From NCBI GenBank assembly GCA_027923505.1, contig BROI01000025.1, forward strand, positions 248,001-312,000: a DNA stretch of 64,000 bases. Reading direction: 5' to 3'. The notes below the pieces were generated by a model. It made no database searches and was not told the DNA's origin. It worked only from the letters and a program-made list of their open reading frames with translations. How positions within the stretch are numbered: the stretch's first letter is position 1; every line of letters starts with the position of its first letter. The position numbers were made by a program, and so were the translations under genes. This DNA comes from Mayamaea pseudoterrestris. Lineage: Eukaryota. Positions 1 to 10,834 of the stretch are shown piece after piece.

Positions 1-2885
1 GCAACCAGACACGGTTGCGCACGTTGGACTGTACAGTCTTCTCGTTGGGAACTTGCCGACCTTGCCCGAGCTAAAAGTCGCAGCAATTCACAATGATGGT
101 TTATATCCAGATGCGCATACCTTTCATAATCCTATTTACAGCCACTTGAGTAGCAAACGAGACTGCATTGACTGGCAACTCAGCATGACGGCTGCGTTTT
201 TCGATTACTGCGTTCCCAATCAACCTGGTTTCAGTAGCAGTGTGGCAGCAGTGTCCATTCTACCAGGCGCCGCGGACATTACCGTCTCGTGGCGAAAGTG
301 GTACGCTGCGGCGGCGAAGCTCCGTCGACTCCGGTTCATTCGAAAGCAAATTGAGCGACGCAAACATCAGCAAATATTGCGGCGGAGAATGAGCTTGAGT
401 GAACGTGGATTGGCTGCCAGTGAGCGTGGAGGCATGAGCCTGAGTGACCGAAACAATCGCAGTGACGGAGAGAGTAGCGTCTTGATGCGCAATGGAGACA
501 ATGTTGATACGGAAACATCGGTTGAAATGGTAGATTTGACGCCGCAAAAGAATGGAACAAAATCTTTAAGTTTTACAGAAGAGCAACAAAATGGCGTACG
601 GAATGTACTGGGCCCTTTTGTTTCGGATGACGCTGACAATAAAGTTTATGAGAGTGTAACCTTCGGACCGGAGCAAATTGCAATTTACGGTCGCGAGTTT
701 GCCCAAGCTGCATCGCCTTGCTGTCCAAACGGATTCTGTGAGCAATGGGTTGCTCGGGCTAGCCTGGAAGAGCTTTTAGACTTCGAAGAAGAGGCTGCCA
801 TTCAATTGCATCACGCCATTTGCGAACTGCAGGACGCCCGGTGCCACGTGAGCGCTGTAGCTGTAGATGAGCGAGGCGTCCCGCTTAATGAAGTACCCTC
901 GACTAACCCATCACCTCGGAGCAAGAAAGGCTACAAGAAAATTGCAAAGAACTCTGATCGGCCCGAGATATCGAGAAGTAGTAGTCAACTGGAGACCGAA
1001 TTGCTTGAGGCCTCGGGACATTCAAGTCGCAAACGACGCCGCCAATCAAAATGGAAACTTCTTGAGTCAATGGTCGACGAAGCGCGAGAAAATGAGTTGA
1101 TGCATGCGAGAGAGCTACCCACCGGGGTCTGGTCGTGGCCAACTTGCTCTGGACTCCTGGCATTTCCATGTTTGAAAGACTGGAGAAAACACTTCCAGAC
1201 GGAGAGCGCCGTTGAGAGTTTAGCGCGCGAATCGTCGTTCGCTGTCGTCACTTTTACTTCACGGCAGGCTGCCATTGCTGCGAGACATTGTCTGTCAGAC
1301 GGCAGGGCGTTTGGAAAGTGGAGCAATCTTCATGAAATTCCCATTGCGCCCCTGTCAGATGCTGCGCCGTTTAACATATGGCTGTGCCGGAACTGTTGCC
1401 GTCCGGTGACGCTCAGTATCAGCGACGGACAAAAGTCCATTCGCTTCTATTTCACGCTGGTATTGCTGGCGTGTCTCTACGTGTTTTACACCATCCCTCT
1501 CACGTTTGCGTCGAGTTTAGTGAACCCAGAGCTGTTTGAGCAGTTATTTCCGTATCTGCAAGGGACCGAACTCCCCCACATCTTTACAGGATTCCTTTCC
1601 GCAATGGTGTGGTCCATTTTCTTCATGGTTTGTCCTCAGTTATTTAGAGTAAGTTCGCTGCATGATGACCTCGGTGATATTCATTAAGGACAACTCACGC
1701 CTTTTGTTTCAGACCATCGCTAATTTCGGAAGCGTGGCAACCAGTGTCGCCAAAGCGGAGCGTCGCGCCTTGCAATACTTCTGGTGGTTCATGGTCTTCA
1801 CGGCCTTCACCGGTCCTATTCTTGCCCAATGGGTTCTAAATGCCATTGACAACGACTTTCAGTTTGGCGCTGGGCTACGAGAGGCCCTTCGATTAATTGC
1901 AGGGGCGACAGCGACTGTTGTTTCGGCCAACTGGCTCAATTGGATCATATATCGCTTCACAATCATAATTCCAATCCACTATATGCTGCAATTCAACACG
2001 TTCCTCTTTCAAATGCTCGGACTAAAATGTTTTTCCCGACTTACAATTGGAGGAGGACCAGGCGGTCCCATTCCATACAGAATTTATGTCGATAGCGCGA
2101 TGGTCATCATGTGCACTGTGGCGCTGGCCCCGGTCTGTCCTGTCGTAGCACCCGCGGCGCTTTTGTATTTCTTTGTGTGCGAGCCCATCCTCCGCCGCAA
2201 TTTAATCTTCATTTACCGACCGCGCTATGACGATGGCGGTCTGCGATGGACGTTCCTGTTTGACATGATCATCAGTGGTTTGATCATGGCGCAGATACTT
2301 TTGAGCGTCCAAATGACATTGAAAAACGCATACGGCCCAATGTTAATAACAGCTTCAGCCATACCCGTGACTGTTTTCTTCTCCTACTACTGCAAGCATA
2401 AGTACAGCACAGCATTTCACGACGCCGCTTTGTTGCAAACTGCTCTTCTCGATGGTTGGGACAAATCATCGGAACTGGACATGGACGAGCGCGAGCAGTA
2501 TCGTCGCTTTCTTGTGGACGCCCATAAAGCTGCTTATATACCAGTCTGCATTGCCGGAGCAGATACTGGAGACTACTTGACGGCAGAACCCGCCATTGTC
2601 GTTCCTCGCAACGCTTTGGAAGAAACGGAGGACCTGCAGCTTTCCCTTACTCCACCACTGACTCCGACGCCGTTGGGAAATGGCGACATTCCACTTCGGT
2701 CTCGCAGCTTTTCGGCTGATCACGCTCCTCTTCGACAACCTGGCGTAACTCTTCGCCGGGCAGACAGCGGTGTAGCTGCCTGGCTTGAAAGTCAGGATCG
2801 CGATGCCAATGACGACGACTTATTTGATGGAGATGTGCCGGACATGATTGATGACTTCCTATCTACTAGAAAGAAATTGAAATAA
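1..2885 (+). CDS. OSCA/CSC1/TMEM63 (RSN1_7TM, DUF221) calcium-permeable channel, 5'-partial; intron 1649-1712
   Basis: Frame is open from the window start. AVVTFTSRQAA cytosolic motif, multiple TM helices, PVVAPAALLYF, YRPRYDDGG.W. GTAAGT...CTCAC...TTTCAG intron joins CPQLFR to TIANFGS. Confidence 0.88.
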
Positions 2886-3030
2886 ACCGGGCGATAAAGA
2901 GCCACAAAATTTCATCACATTCAATTTTTAATGTCCATCTCTAGGAAGCAGGGAAAGTAAAATGCGACTATCGTTTGTTTAAGCATCTTTCGACTCAACC
3001 AAGTCCCTCTAGAACAATCAACCATAAACT

Positions 3031-4875
3031 TCATTTTAATTCTGTCTTACTCTTGTCTACGATATGGTCTTTCTCTGATGACTCATCATCGTGTGCCTCA
3101 TATGCATCATCAACGGCGGATGATGGCCTGATGTCGACAATCTCTTCGTGATCCGGCAAAGCTGCCGCGTGTGCCTCATAGGCATCGTCAACGGTGGATA
3201 ATGGCTCACTGTCGACATCATTTAGCCCCTCACCATCGACCAAAGCTGCCGCTTCACTGTTCATAGGCGCATTCTCGTCATTGAGCCGCGCCTCGTCGAC
3301 ACGTATTGGTAAATCGTCTTGTGGAGTGACGGCAGCATCGTTAGCGTCATTTTCTACAAGTCCCGACTGCTCCCGCCCCACATCGTTTACCAATCCATTT
3401 TCGGCGCTGAAATCAGTCATCAGCTCTGGATTCATCGATGCAGCTCCTTTTAATGTGTTACATTCTTCCAAAGTTTCTGCAACAAGGTTAGATTGTTCAA
3501 TATCGTCGGCTGCTGTAATTTCGCCTCCATTCAGCAACAACGTAGATTCTGCTTGTATACTTTCTTCCGTCAATGCCTCGACTACAGCTTCACCCTTGAC
3601 CAACAGCTTCAACGACTGCTCAATTTCCTGATGCAGGAAAAACAGAGTACCTTCATGCGTCGCATCCGGCACTTGAATGAGTCGACAGTTTGGCAATTGC
3701 TCCTTGAGCCACTGGACCGCCGCAAGGGGCGTCATGCCATCGTCCATGGCGTGCACCAAAATGATTCTTGCGCGAACGGAACTATAATCCAGACCCAAAT
3801 CCTTGCTTGGACTCAGCAAGACAGTTAAATCCGCCATGGGTGTTCCGCCTCCCTCCTGCTGCATGAAGCGAAATCGCTCTATAAACTCTTCCACTTCCCA
3901 GTTGGCTTCCAAAACATCCTTCTCCTTGACTGTCAAGTGCTTGACGAATTGCCGTCCAATCCACGAGGCTGGCACCCAGCTCGCGCTCTTGTCGAGGCTT
4001 CCAATGCTTCCACTGACCAATGGCGCAATCATCCAAACCGGGCACTTGCGTGCACTAAACTGAAATAGTTGCTTGGTTTCGTTGCAGTCGGCTGGCTGAA
4101 TCCAGCTGCCAATGCCAATGACTGGTTTGTCAAGTAGTATTCTGTTTGAGTAATGCTGAAGAAAGGCTAACGCAAAGGGCGCGCCGGAACATTCGTAGAA
4201 TACTCCCACCTTGTCAATCTCCAAAGCATCCAAAACAGCAATGGCATCAGTCAAGCACGTCTCCAAATGAATGCGAGCGTGAGAAGCGGAGAGTAGCTTG
4301 GAGTTCTTGTCAACGTCATTGCTACTGCTGCGAGGAGGTGAAGATGTTCCCTTGGAAGGCGATTCTTCGCGCTCCTCCGCCATGACGACGCGAATGGAAA
4401 GCTCCTTTTCCTCATCTCCTTCTTGAACAACTTTTCCCACTTCACTTTCACTTTCCCTCTCATAATTCGCAATACTCGTATCTCCTCGTCCTGGTCGATT
4501 GATGCAAATGACTCGCAACTGACAATCCTCAATGGCTTCCTGCAGCATGAGCAGTATGCGACGATTGCAACCACCTGCCGCGTACCAAAACAATACAGGA
4601 GTGCCTGCTGCCATGTCGCCAGCAATGGAATACGAGACAGTGCGATTGTCAGATAGTTGAATATGCTGTAGAGAAATCAAGTCCTTGTATTCCTTTGGAA
4701 CGTCTTCGGAAATGATGCTGTAGGCGGACTTGGCCTCTCCGGTTTCTGGAGTAATTGTTGCTGCTGCTGTTGAGATGTCATTTGGCGTCGTCTTCCACAT
4801 GAGACTGGGAATGGACGGAGAGTCGACAGCTTCATTTGCAACGGGTTGTGATTTGTCAGCTTGCATGCTATCCAT
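3031..4875 (-). CDS. Alpha/beta-hydrolase fold protein with acidic low-complexity C-tail
   Basis: LSDNRTVSY, RVICINRPGRGDT, DAIAVLDALEI, YECSGAPFAL elbow, HAMDDGMTP, DATHEG. Confidence 0.8.
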   Translation of the reverse strand: MDSMQADKSQPVANEAVDSPSIPSLMWKTTPNDISTAAATITPETGEAKSAYSIISEDVPKEYKDLISLQHIQLSDNRTVSYSIAGDMAAGTPVLFWYAAGGCNRRILLMLQEAIEDCQLRVICINRPGRGDTSIANYERESESEVGKVVQEGDEEKELSIRVVMAEEREESPSKGTSSPPRSSSNDVDKNSKLLSASHARIHLETCLTDAIAVLDALEIDKVGVFYECSGAPFALAFLQHYSNRILLDKPVIGIGSWIQPADCNETKQLFQFSARKCPVWMIAPLVSGSIGSLDKSASWVPASWIGRQFVKHLTVKEKDVLEANWEVEEFIERFRFMQQEGGGTPMADLTVLLSPSKDLGLDYSSVRARIILVHAMDDGMTPLAAVQWLKEQLPNCRLIQVPDATHEGTLFFLHQEIEQSLKLLVKGEAVVEALTEESIQAESTLLLNGGEITAADDIEQSNLVAETLEECNTLKGAASMNPELMTDFSAENGLVNDVGREQSGLVENDANDAAVTPQDDLPIRVDEARLNDENAPMNSEAAALVDGEGLNDVDSEPLSTVDDAYEAHAAALPDHEEIVDIRPSSAVDDAYEAHDDESSEKDHIVDKSKTELK

Positions 4876-5286
4876 CCGATCACTCTCTTGGTGCGCGATC
4901 AGAGTGTGAGATTCGTCTCACTCATCATCCATGGTCGAGGCACTTTCGGAAGTGGCGCGGCGCGCGCGAGGTCATTCGAGTGTGACCACGATGACTGCTC
5001 TAAAAAAAACTACGTAGTCGCACTGGTTCTTGATTGAGCTACCGGAACGACCGATTTACCCTTTTGGGTTATCATTGTTATTTCGAAATTCCAACTACCC
5101 AAGGATACTTTCAACAATCAAGTTGTCCTATACCACGCACAGAATGAATAGGTCGAGTAAAATGAGAAATTTATCAGGTTATTAGCAAGCTGTGACAAAA
5201 ACAAGGTACAGCAACATATGAATGATAAAAATGCAAATCAGATAAGTGCAGTATTCGATCATACTACGATGGATGGGCGTAGCTGG

Positions 5287-6707
5287 TCATTCGCGTTCAT
5301 CATCGCTATTGCTTGAAATGTGCTGACTGCCGACACGCTTCCAAGGGAGGCAAACCACATTGCCGCGCACTTCACCAGTCTCGAGCTTGACATGCGCAAA
5401 GGCAACCTCGGAAAGGCCGACGCGCTTGGCAATGTGCGGTCGAAGCTTGTTCCACTTCATGAGTTGAAAGAGTGATGTCAAATGTTTCTGTGTCATGAGA
5501 GTCGATTGTGCTTAGAAAGACCGCCTCATGCGAGTCATTGAACCGCCAACCATTCTGCACATACCTTGTATTCTTCCGGATCTTGGTTAAAACTGTCCCA
5601 TATATCCAGCGTCTTTGCTTTCGTAAATTGGCTACGCCATCGATTCACGAATGCTGATATGGGAGCGCCAAACACTCCCATTTCCTCCTTGATCATTGCC
5701 GCATGCCCAAAGCAAACAACTTCTCCGTCCTTGGCCATTGCCTTGCAGGCAGCGTCTAGTCCATCCTCGCACAGCCCATCAAATACGACATCCATCTGTC
5801 CCTGTACTAATGGCAACCATTCCTTTGAGTTTTCCGGCAGTGGTCGTGCTCCAAGAGTATTCTTCATATATGCATGTCTTTGTTGCGGACACGTCGCAAA
5901 CACTTCAGCTCTCGCCTTGTTGCACATTTGCACAAGCGCCTGTCCAACTCCTTCCATTGCACCAATGACCAAGACGCGCTTGCCCGTCAAACTAAATGTT
6001 GCACCTCCTTTCGGCGATGTCACCATGCGCATACTTTGATAGGCTGCCGTATAGACGCTCACCATGCAGGCCGCCTCGGCGGCATCCACCGTGGCAGGCA
6101 CTCGCACCAAATGTGAAGCGTGTACATTGGCGTATCGCGCATTGCCGCCGGTGCGAATCAAGGCGGCGACGCGGTCGCCGACTGCAAAATGCTTGACGTT
6201 AACGCCACTGGAAATAATTTTGCCTACCACGTCGTGGCCGGGTGTCATGGGTAGTGTCGTTGGACTGACGACGTCAAAGCAGTGTCCCCGGCGAAAGAGG
6301 CAATCACGCAGTGTCACTGTTGCGGCTTGCACCTTTATTATGACGTGATCTGGTGACTCTGGCAACGGCACGTCTTCCTGTTCAATGACGCATACATCCT
6401 TGGCATTGTCTCCAAACTGGTGAATGATCACTTTCATCTGCCGCTTGTCTGGTAGCAAGCTAACACTAGATATTCCTCTGGTGGCTGCGTTGGTGGATGA
6501 ATCATGGCTATTTGCAGTTGTCGTCGACGAAGGATAAGCGCTGGTCTTGCTTAGCCAAGAGGAACGTTCATCGTTTCGATTGTCGGCATCATTAGGTGCA
6601 CTCGGCTTGGAAGCGGTCTTCATGCCTGTCGAGTCTTTACTTTTTCGCGTAAAGATTTTCCGGGGTGCAGATTTGTCTTCGATGACTTCCTTGGGAAGAA
6701 GCGGCAT
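5287..6707 (-). CDS. MDR-family quinone oxidoreductase / VAT-1-like; intron 5488-5564
   Basis: VIIKVQAA, TPGHDVVG, VGDRVAAL, GGNARY, VLVIGAMEGVG, DVVFDG. GTATGT..CAG intron joins PEEYK to KHLTSLFQL. First ATG is at 6707. Confidence 0.85.
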
Positions 6708-7185
6708 GTCAAGAGTTTTTACACGGGAAAGGATTAGCGATATTCTTTTGCTTCTCGACAAAACTTGGTGGTTTTATCACTCAAAAGGGGGAGAGCAAGG
6801 CGACGGGGCTTCGATGAATATGATGACAGGCAGCAGGTGCGTTCAACGCACCTCGTTCTGGAGTCACGATGATCCCGATGAGCGCGTTCACATAGTGAGC
6901 TTAGGATACCTTGCCGACTTGCGCGCCGACAAGTTATATCTTTAAATATCTTTTAGTATGATAAGCCGGCCGAGCATGCGTTCGCGCCGGGTGGGTCGAT
7001 CTCGCTAAAGAGTTTTCCAGCAATAAGTCGGAACGATCCTGACGCCCGTCAAAGGCGAAGGGCATCCAGGCTTTGATGAAAGCGCGTCGTCGCCGTTTCC
7101 AAATCTTTTGATGCGCCGATGAGGTGAAGCGCTGTCGGCCATATTCGTGGAGCACCATCGTTTATCAGCCGGCCAATCAAGCAAG

Positions 7186-8718
7186 ATGCTTCGATATCAC
7201 CTTCCGAAATGGCGCCGGCCTCACATTGGTCCGGAGAGCAAAAACGCCTACATTGGTCTTGGAGATCCAAGCGAGGAAACGCTGTCGGTGCGGGTGCAGC
7301 ATGCTGCCTCCCGAGACGAAGTTGAAACGCTGACCGCATCAACGCCTGACGACAAGAGCGAAATAAGGGACCATGCTGTCGCTGACGAGGACGCTGCGTC
7401 TCCCATCAGCGTCGCGAAACACACAACGATTGTCAAGAGTGCCAAGGTAGAGCAAAAGGGCATTCTTCGAAGATTTCGCAAGCTTAGAGGAGGCTTGCCC
7501 AAGGGCACAACGAATAACGAGGCCATGCTCGAGATTCCAATCAAGACAACACTTGCGGAAACGGATTCTATGACACCCATACCGCCGCCCAAGCCCGCCG
7601 TCCTCGTAGCAGGCAGTCAAGGCTCCATTTCAACGCTTTCCTATACAGAAACTGTTCGTCCTTCGACTGCTTTGAATGAAATCGTTCCTCATACAACAGC
7701 GGCATTGGCGCAGCAGCCGGTAGAAGATATCGAAACTGAGGAATTTGATCTCAGTTTCGACGAAATGAGCTTTTCCAACTCTCAAACAAAAGGCAAGGAT
7801 CCTCCACAACCAGCCGAAACTCTCATTAGTCGACAGAAAGCAAGTACAAATGCTGCTCCAACTGATATCTGGAGCGCGTGTCGCGTCGGCGACGAAGGTT
7901 TCATTCGCGGAGCGCTTGCACACAATCGAGCCATTCTCATGCAGGCACAGCAGGGGCGGACACCACTCTACATTGCCGCCCACGCTGGACAGGCGCATGC
8001 TGTCAAGCTTTTACTGGAGTGGGGCGCGAAGGATTTAGATGGGACAGCGTACTTGTCGGCACTGAATAGCGAGTGTAGGAAATTATTGGCGGATGCAAAG
8101 TGTATCGAACAAACTGCCGAAGAAGCAGATCATCCTCGGGATCGAATCACCGTCGTACAAGGCGACGAGAGTTGGCTGCAAGAATACATTTCACCTACTG
8201 TTGCCAGCGTATCGACGGATCCAAAACAATTGACAGCGGTCAATTACTTAAGCAAATCACCGCCACCGGCGCAACTGAAAGACTTGCATAAGTCTTCGCT
8301 GTGCGTCGCGTCATCGACGAATGCACTTGAGAAAGTCGTGCATTCCTATCAGAGTTTTGGGCTCGATCATGGCACGACAAGTAGCGGCGAAATGCTTGGC
8401 ACTGCTACTGACTCGATGAGCTGCATCGGAGACGATGAAAGCACCGATATGGATTCCACTGCCGAAATGCTGTCGCATACTGACTTTCACTCGGAAGAGT
8501 GCAGCGAGAATAGTCAGAGCTTAACATCGGAAGACGAAGAAGAATCTGCTTCCAGCACGTCTTCCGTGTCAGAGTCACTGGAGACAGCGAGCGATGGAGG
8601 GCCGTCTACAGTCGAGACATCCCCCACAGACGCGGATGAACTGTCAGGAAGTCCTGACCATCACTTTGGCGACCCATATTCATGCGACTGGCACCTGGGA
8701 ATCTGCAAGAGGGAATGA
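7186..8718 (+). CDS. Ankyrin-repeat protein with disordered/acidic flanks
   Basis: DIWSACRVGD and GRTPLYIAAHAGQAHAVKLLLEWGA ankyrin consensus. Confidence 0.75.
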   Translation: MLRYHLPKWRRPHIGPESKNAYIGLGDPSEETLSVRVQHAASRDEVETLTASTPDDKSEIRDHAVADEDAASPISVAKHTTIVKSAKVEQKGILRRFRKLRGGLPKGTTNNEAMLEIPIKTTLAETDSMTPIPPPKPAVLVAGSQGSISTLSYTETVRPSTALNEIVPHTTAALAQQPVEDIETEEFDLSFDEMSFSNSQTKGKDPPQPAETLISRQKASTNAAPTDIWSACRVGDEGFIRGALAHNRAILMQAQQGRTPLYIAAHAGQAHAVKLLLEWGAKDLDGTAYLSALNSECRKLLADAKCIEQTAEEADHPRDRITVVQGDESWLQEYISPTVASVSTDPKQLTAVNYLSKSPPPAQLKDLHKSSLCVASSTNALEKVVHSYQSFGLDHGTTSSGEMLGTATDSMSCIGDDESTDMDSTAEMLSHTDFHSEECSENSQSLTSEDEEESASSTSSVSESLETASDGGPSTVETSPTDADELSGSPDHHFGDPYSCDWHLGICKRE

Positions 8719-9135
8719 AAAAAGGCGTCCCGCTTACATAGTCTTAGTTTAATCAGCTAATTTGCGCTTTTACGTTACTCCGTGCCCACTTGCGTCGCTA
8801 CAGAACCTCAACTACGCAGGTAGATCTTGCTACACTGCTACACCGCCTCAGTCACTTCGGTATGGGATCAAATGAGTTCAGCTGAAAAATCTGGCCAGGC
8901 ATGCGCAACGTTCGTGTAGGCGTTGCAATTTCGGTGCACGTTGTCGTGGATGCCCGTACCCAGTGTACACGCGGGAGGTGCGCTTTGTCCGTTCGATGAT
9001 GTTGTGAGCCACGCCTCCAACCCATGGCGCTTGATGCGATAAAAGTCCCCAAATTTTGCATCTCCATCTTGAGAGCGTATGCAGTCGGTCCTGACCTCAA
9101 TTCCTACCTATTAAGCGTACACACTTGCTAGCTAC

Positions 9136-10272
9136 ATGACAAACGAATCGCGCTTTATGCGGGAGCTTCGCCTGCGCCAAAGTCGCCTGAATGACCGACG
9201 GCAGCACAGTGTTTTACCGCATAGTTTTTCGGCAAGCATTGACGACGACGATGAAGGGGAACTGCAGGTTGTGAACTCAAAAGTCATGGCGCTTTGCAAT
9301 GAAGTTGACGACGATGAAGATGGTTGCAATGCCAGCGCTGCAACTAGCCAATCTCGTCTTCGAATGCTGTCGCAGCAATCGTCGCGACCCAATCAGCGGC
9401 GACAACACATGATCCAAATCGTTGAGACGCGGGACGAAGGGGATGCAGGTGATTTTATTGAAGAACTTGCTGCGAGCATTTCGGATGAACCGTCGACTTT
9501 GTTTTGCGAGAAGCTGGCGCGGGAGCTTGATCGACAGCAGCAACCTTCACCACAAGAAGACAATGCTACCGAGAGGGACCCTTTGGACGAGCTCCTAGAC
9601 GAGGCACTGAAAGACGACGATGTTGAGTCGCAGGACGAAGAGTCTGATCCATCTTCATCATCAAATTCATCATCGGCATCATGCGGGCAGGACGACGAAG
9701 AGGATGCCGAGTCATTGAGCTCATCCATTGGAAGCGACGACTTGCGGCTCATTATGACAGAGTCCGGTGTTTCGACAACAAGCTATCCCGTTTCCTCATT
9801 TTATGGCTACCCTGGCGACCGCCAGAGTCGAAGTAGTGTCAACGGTGACATTAACGTCAAAATCACGTGCAGCAGCAACGACAACACGGTCAACCAAAGG
9901 CAGCGACTGCACAAGAAGATTCTTATTTCACAAGCTTTCCACGCAGCCGCCGCCAAGAAAGATGACACCTCCGAGCAAGACAGTCAGAGTCAACGCAACC
10001 AAAACGACAATGACGACGATGGCGACGACGACGACGATGACCATTCCTTCGAGTACGAGTATTTTCCCGAACCAACCGTAGTTGACATGCTCCCAGGACT
10101 AAACGCTGCGCTCGATGCACTCGCCGAACGATTTGCTTTTGGTCCATGCGCCAAGGAAGACAGTGTTTTGAAGGAGACAAATGATTTAAAGTATCATTGC
10201 TCGAGTGCCAATAATGAAGCGGAGGAAATTGCGCAAGATGCGCAACCTGCTGAGAACGTTGCAGTGGCTTGA
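9136..10272 (+). CDS. Hypothetical acidic (D/E/S-rich) disordered protein
   Basis: 378-aa ATG-initiated ORF followed by AT-rich 3' region; no recognisable domain. Confidence 0.6.
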   Translation: MTNESRFMRELRLRQSRLNDRRQHSVLPHSFSASIDDDDEGELQVVNSKVMALCNEVDDDEDGCNASAATSQSRLRMLSQQSSRPNQRRQHMIQIVETRDEGDAGDFIEELAASISDEPSTLFCEKLARELDRQQQPSPQEDNATERDPLDELLDEALKDDDVESQDEESDPSSSSNSSSASCGQDDEEDAESLSSSIGSDDLRLIMTESGVSTTSYPVSSFYGYPGDRQSRSSVNGDINVKITCSSNDNTVNQRQRLHKKILISQAFHAAAAKKDDTSEQDSQSQRNQNDNDDDGDDDDDDHSFEYEYFPEPTVVDMLPGLNAALDALAERFAFGPCAKEDSVLKETNDLKYHCSSANNEAEEIAQDAQPAENVAVA

Positions 10273-10834
10273 AAATAGACGCTGCTATTATTATAACTAA
10301 TAGTAATAGCTATGGGGTAATTTATAAACGATTGTATTTCTAGCTGGCTGCTTTCTTAGCGGTGCAAGTGTGCTCGTAGTTTAGCATTACATAGCTAAGA
10401 AACGCACGCAAGCCAGCGTCCGTTGAATACCGGGCCGACAAGTTAGTGGGCATAGAACCGAAAATGACTGGATCAATGACCCTCACCTGTCCGGTTCCAT
10501 CCCGTCGGTCGTCCCTTTTCGCAGACCACAACCCGCCAAGGCTTTGCCAAAGCATCACAATCACTTGCTGCTGGCCTCCTTATTTACCAGTCTAACAAGG
10601 AACAGGAATTATCCGAAGAATCGAGGAGCGCTACGTAAAAAAGAGATTCATAATCAGAGAATCCTTCCTGCTGGACACTGTTGCAACGTTGCAACAACTT
10701 GTTCCGTTTCGACCAAAGGAGCTTTGCATATCGAGGCAAGAGTCAGAAGCAACAGCTACTTTGCTTTTGACTTAAAGAAACATCGTGGATTAGCAGATAC
10801 TTGTCAATTTGCAGCCTATTCCGCGCCTAGTAAG

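Noticed and set aside
3091..3200. Short imperfect repeat encoding VDDAYEAH twice
   Set aside because: Ordinary internal duplication in a disordered acidic tail.
10544..10834. N-terminal extension of the PDZ membrane protein ORF
   Set aside because: TTG start; the signal peptide follows ATG 10835.
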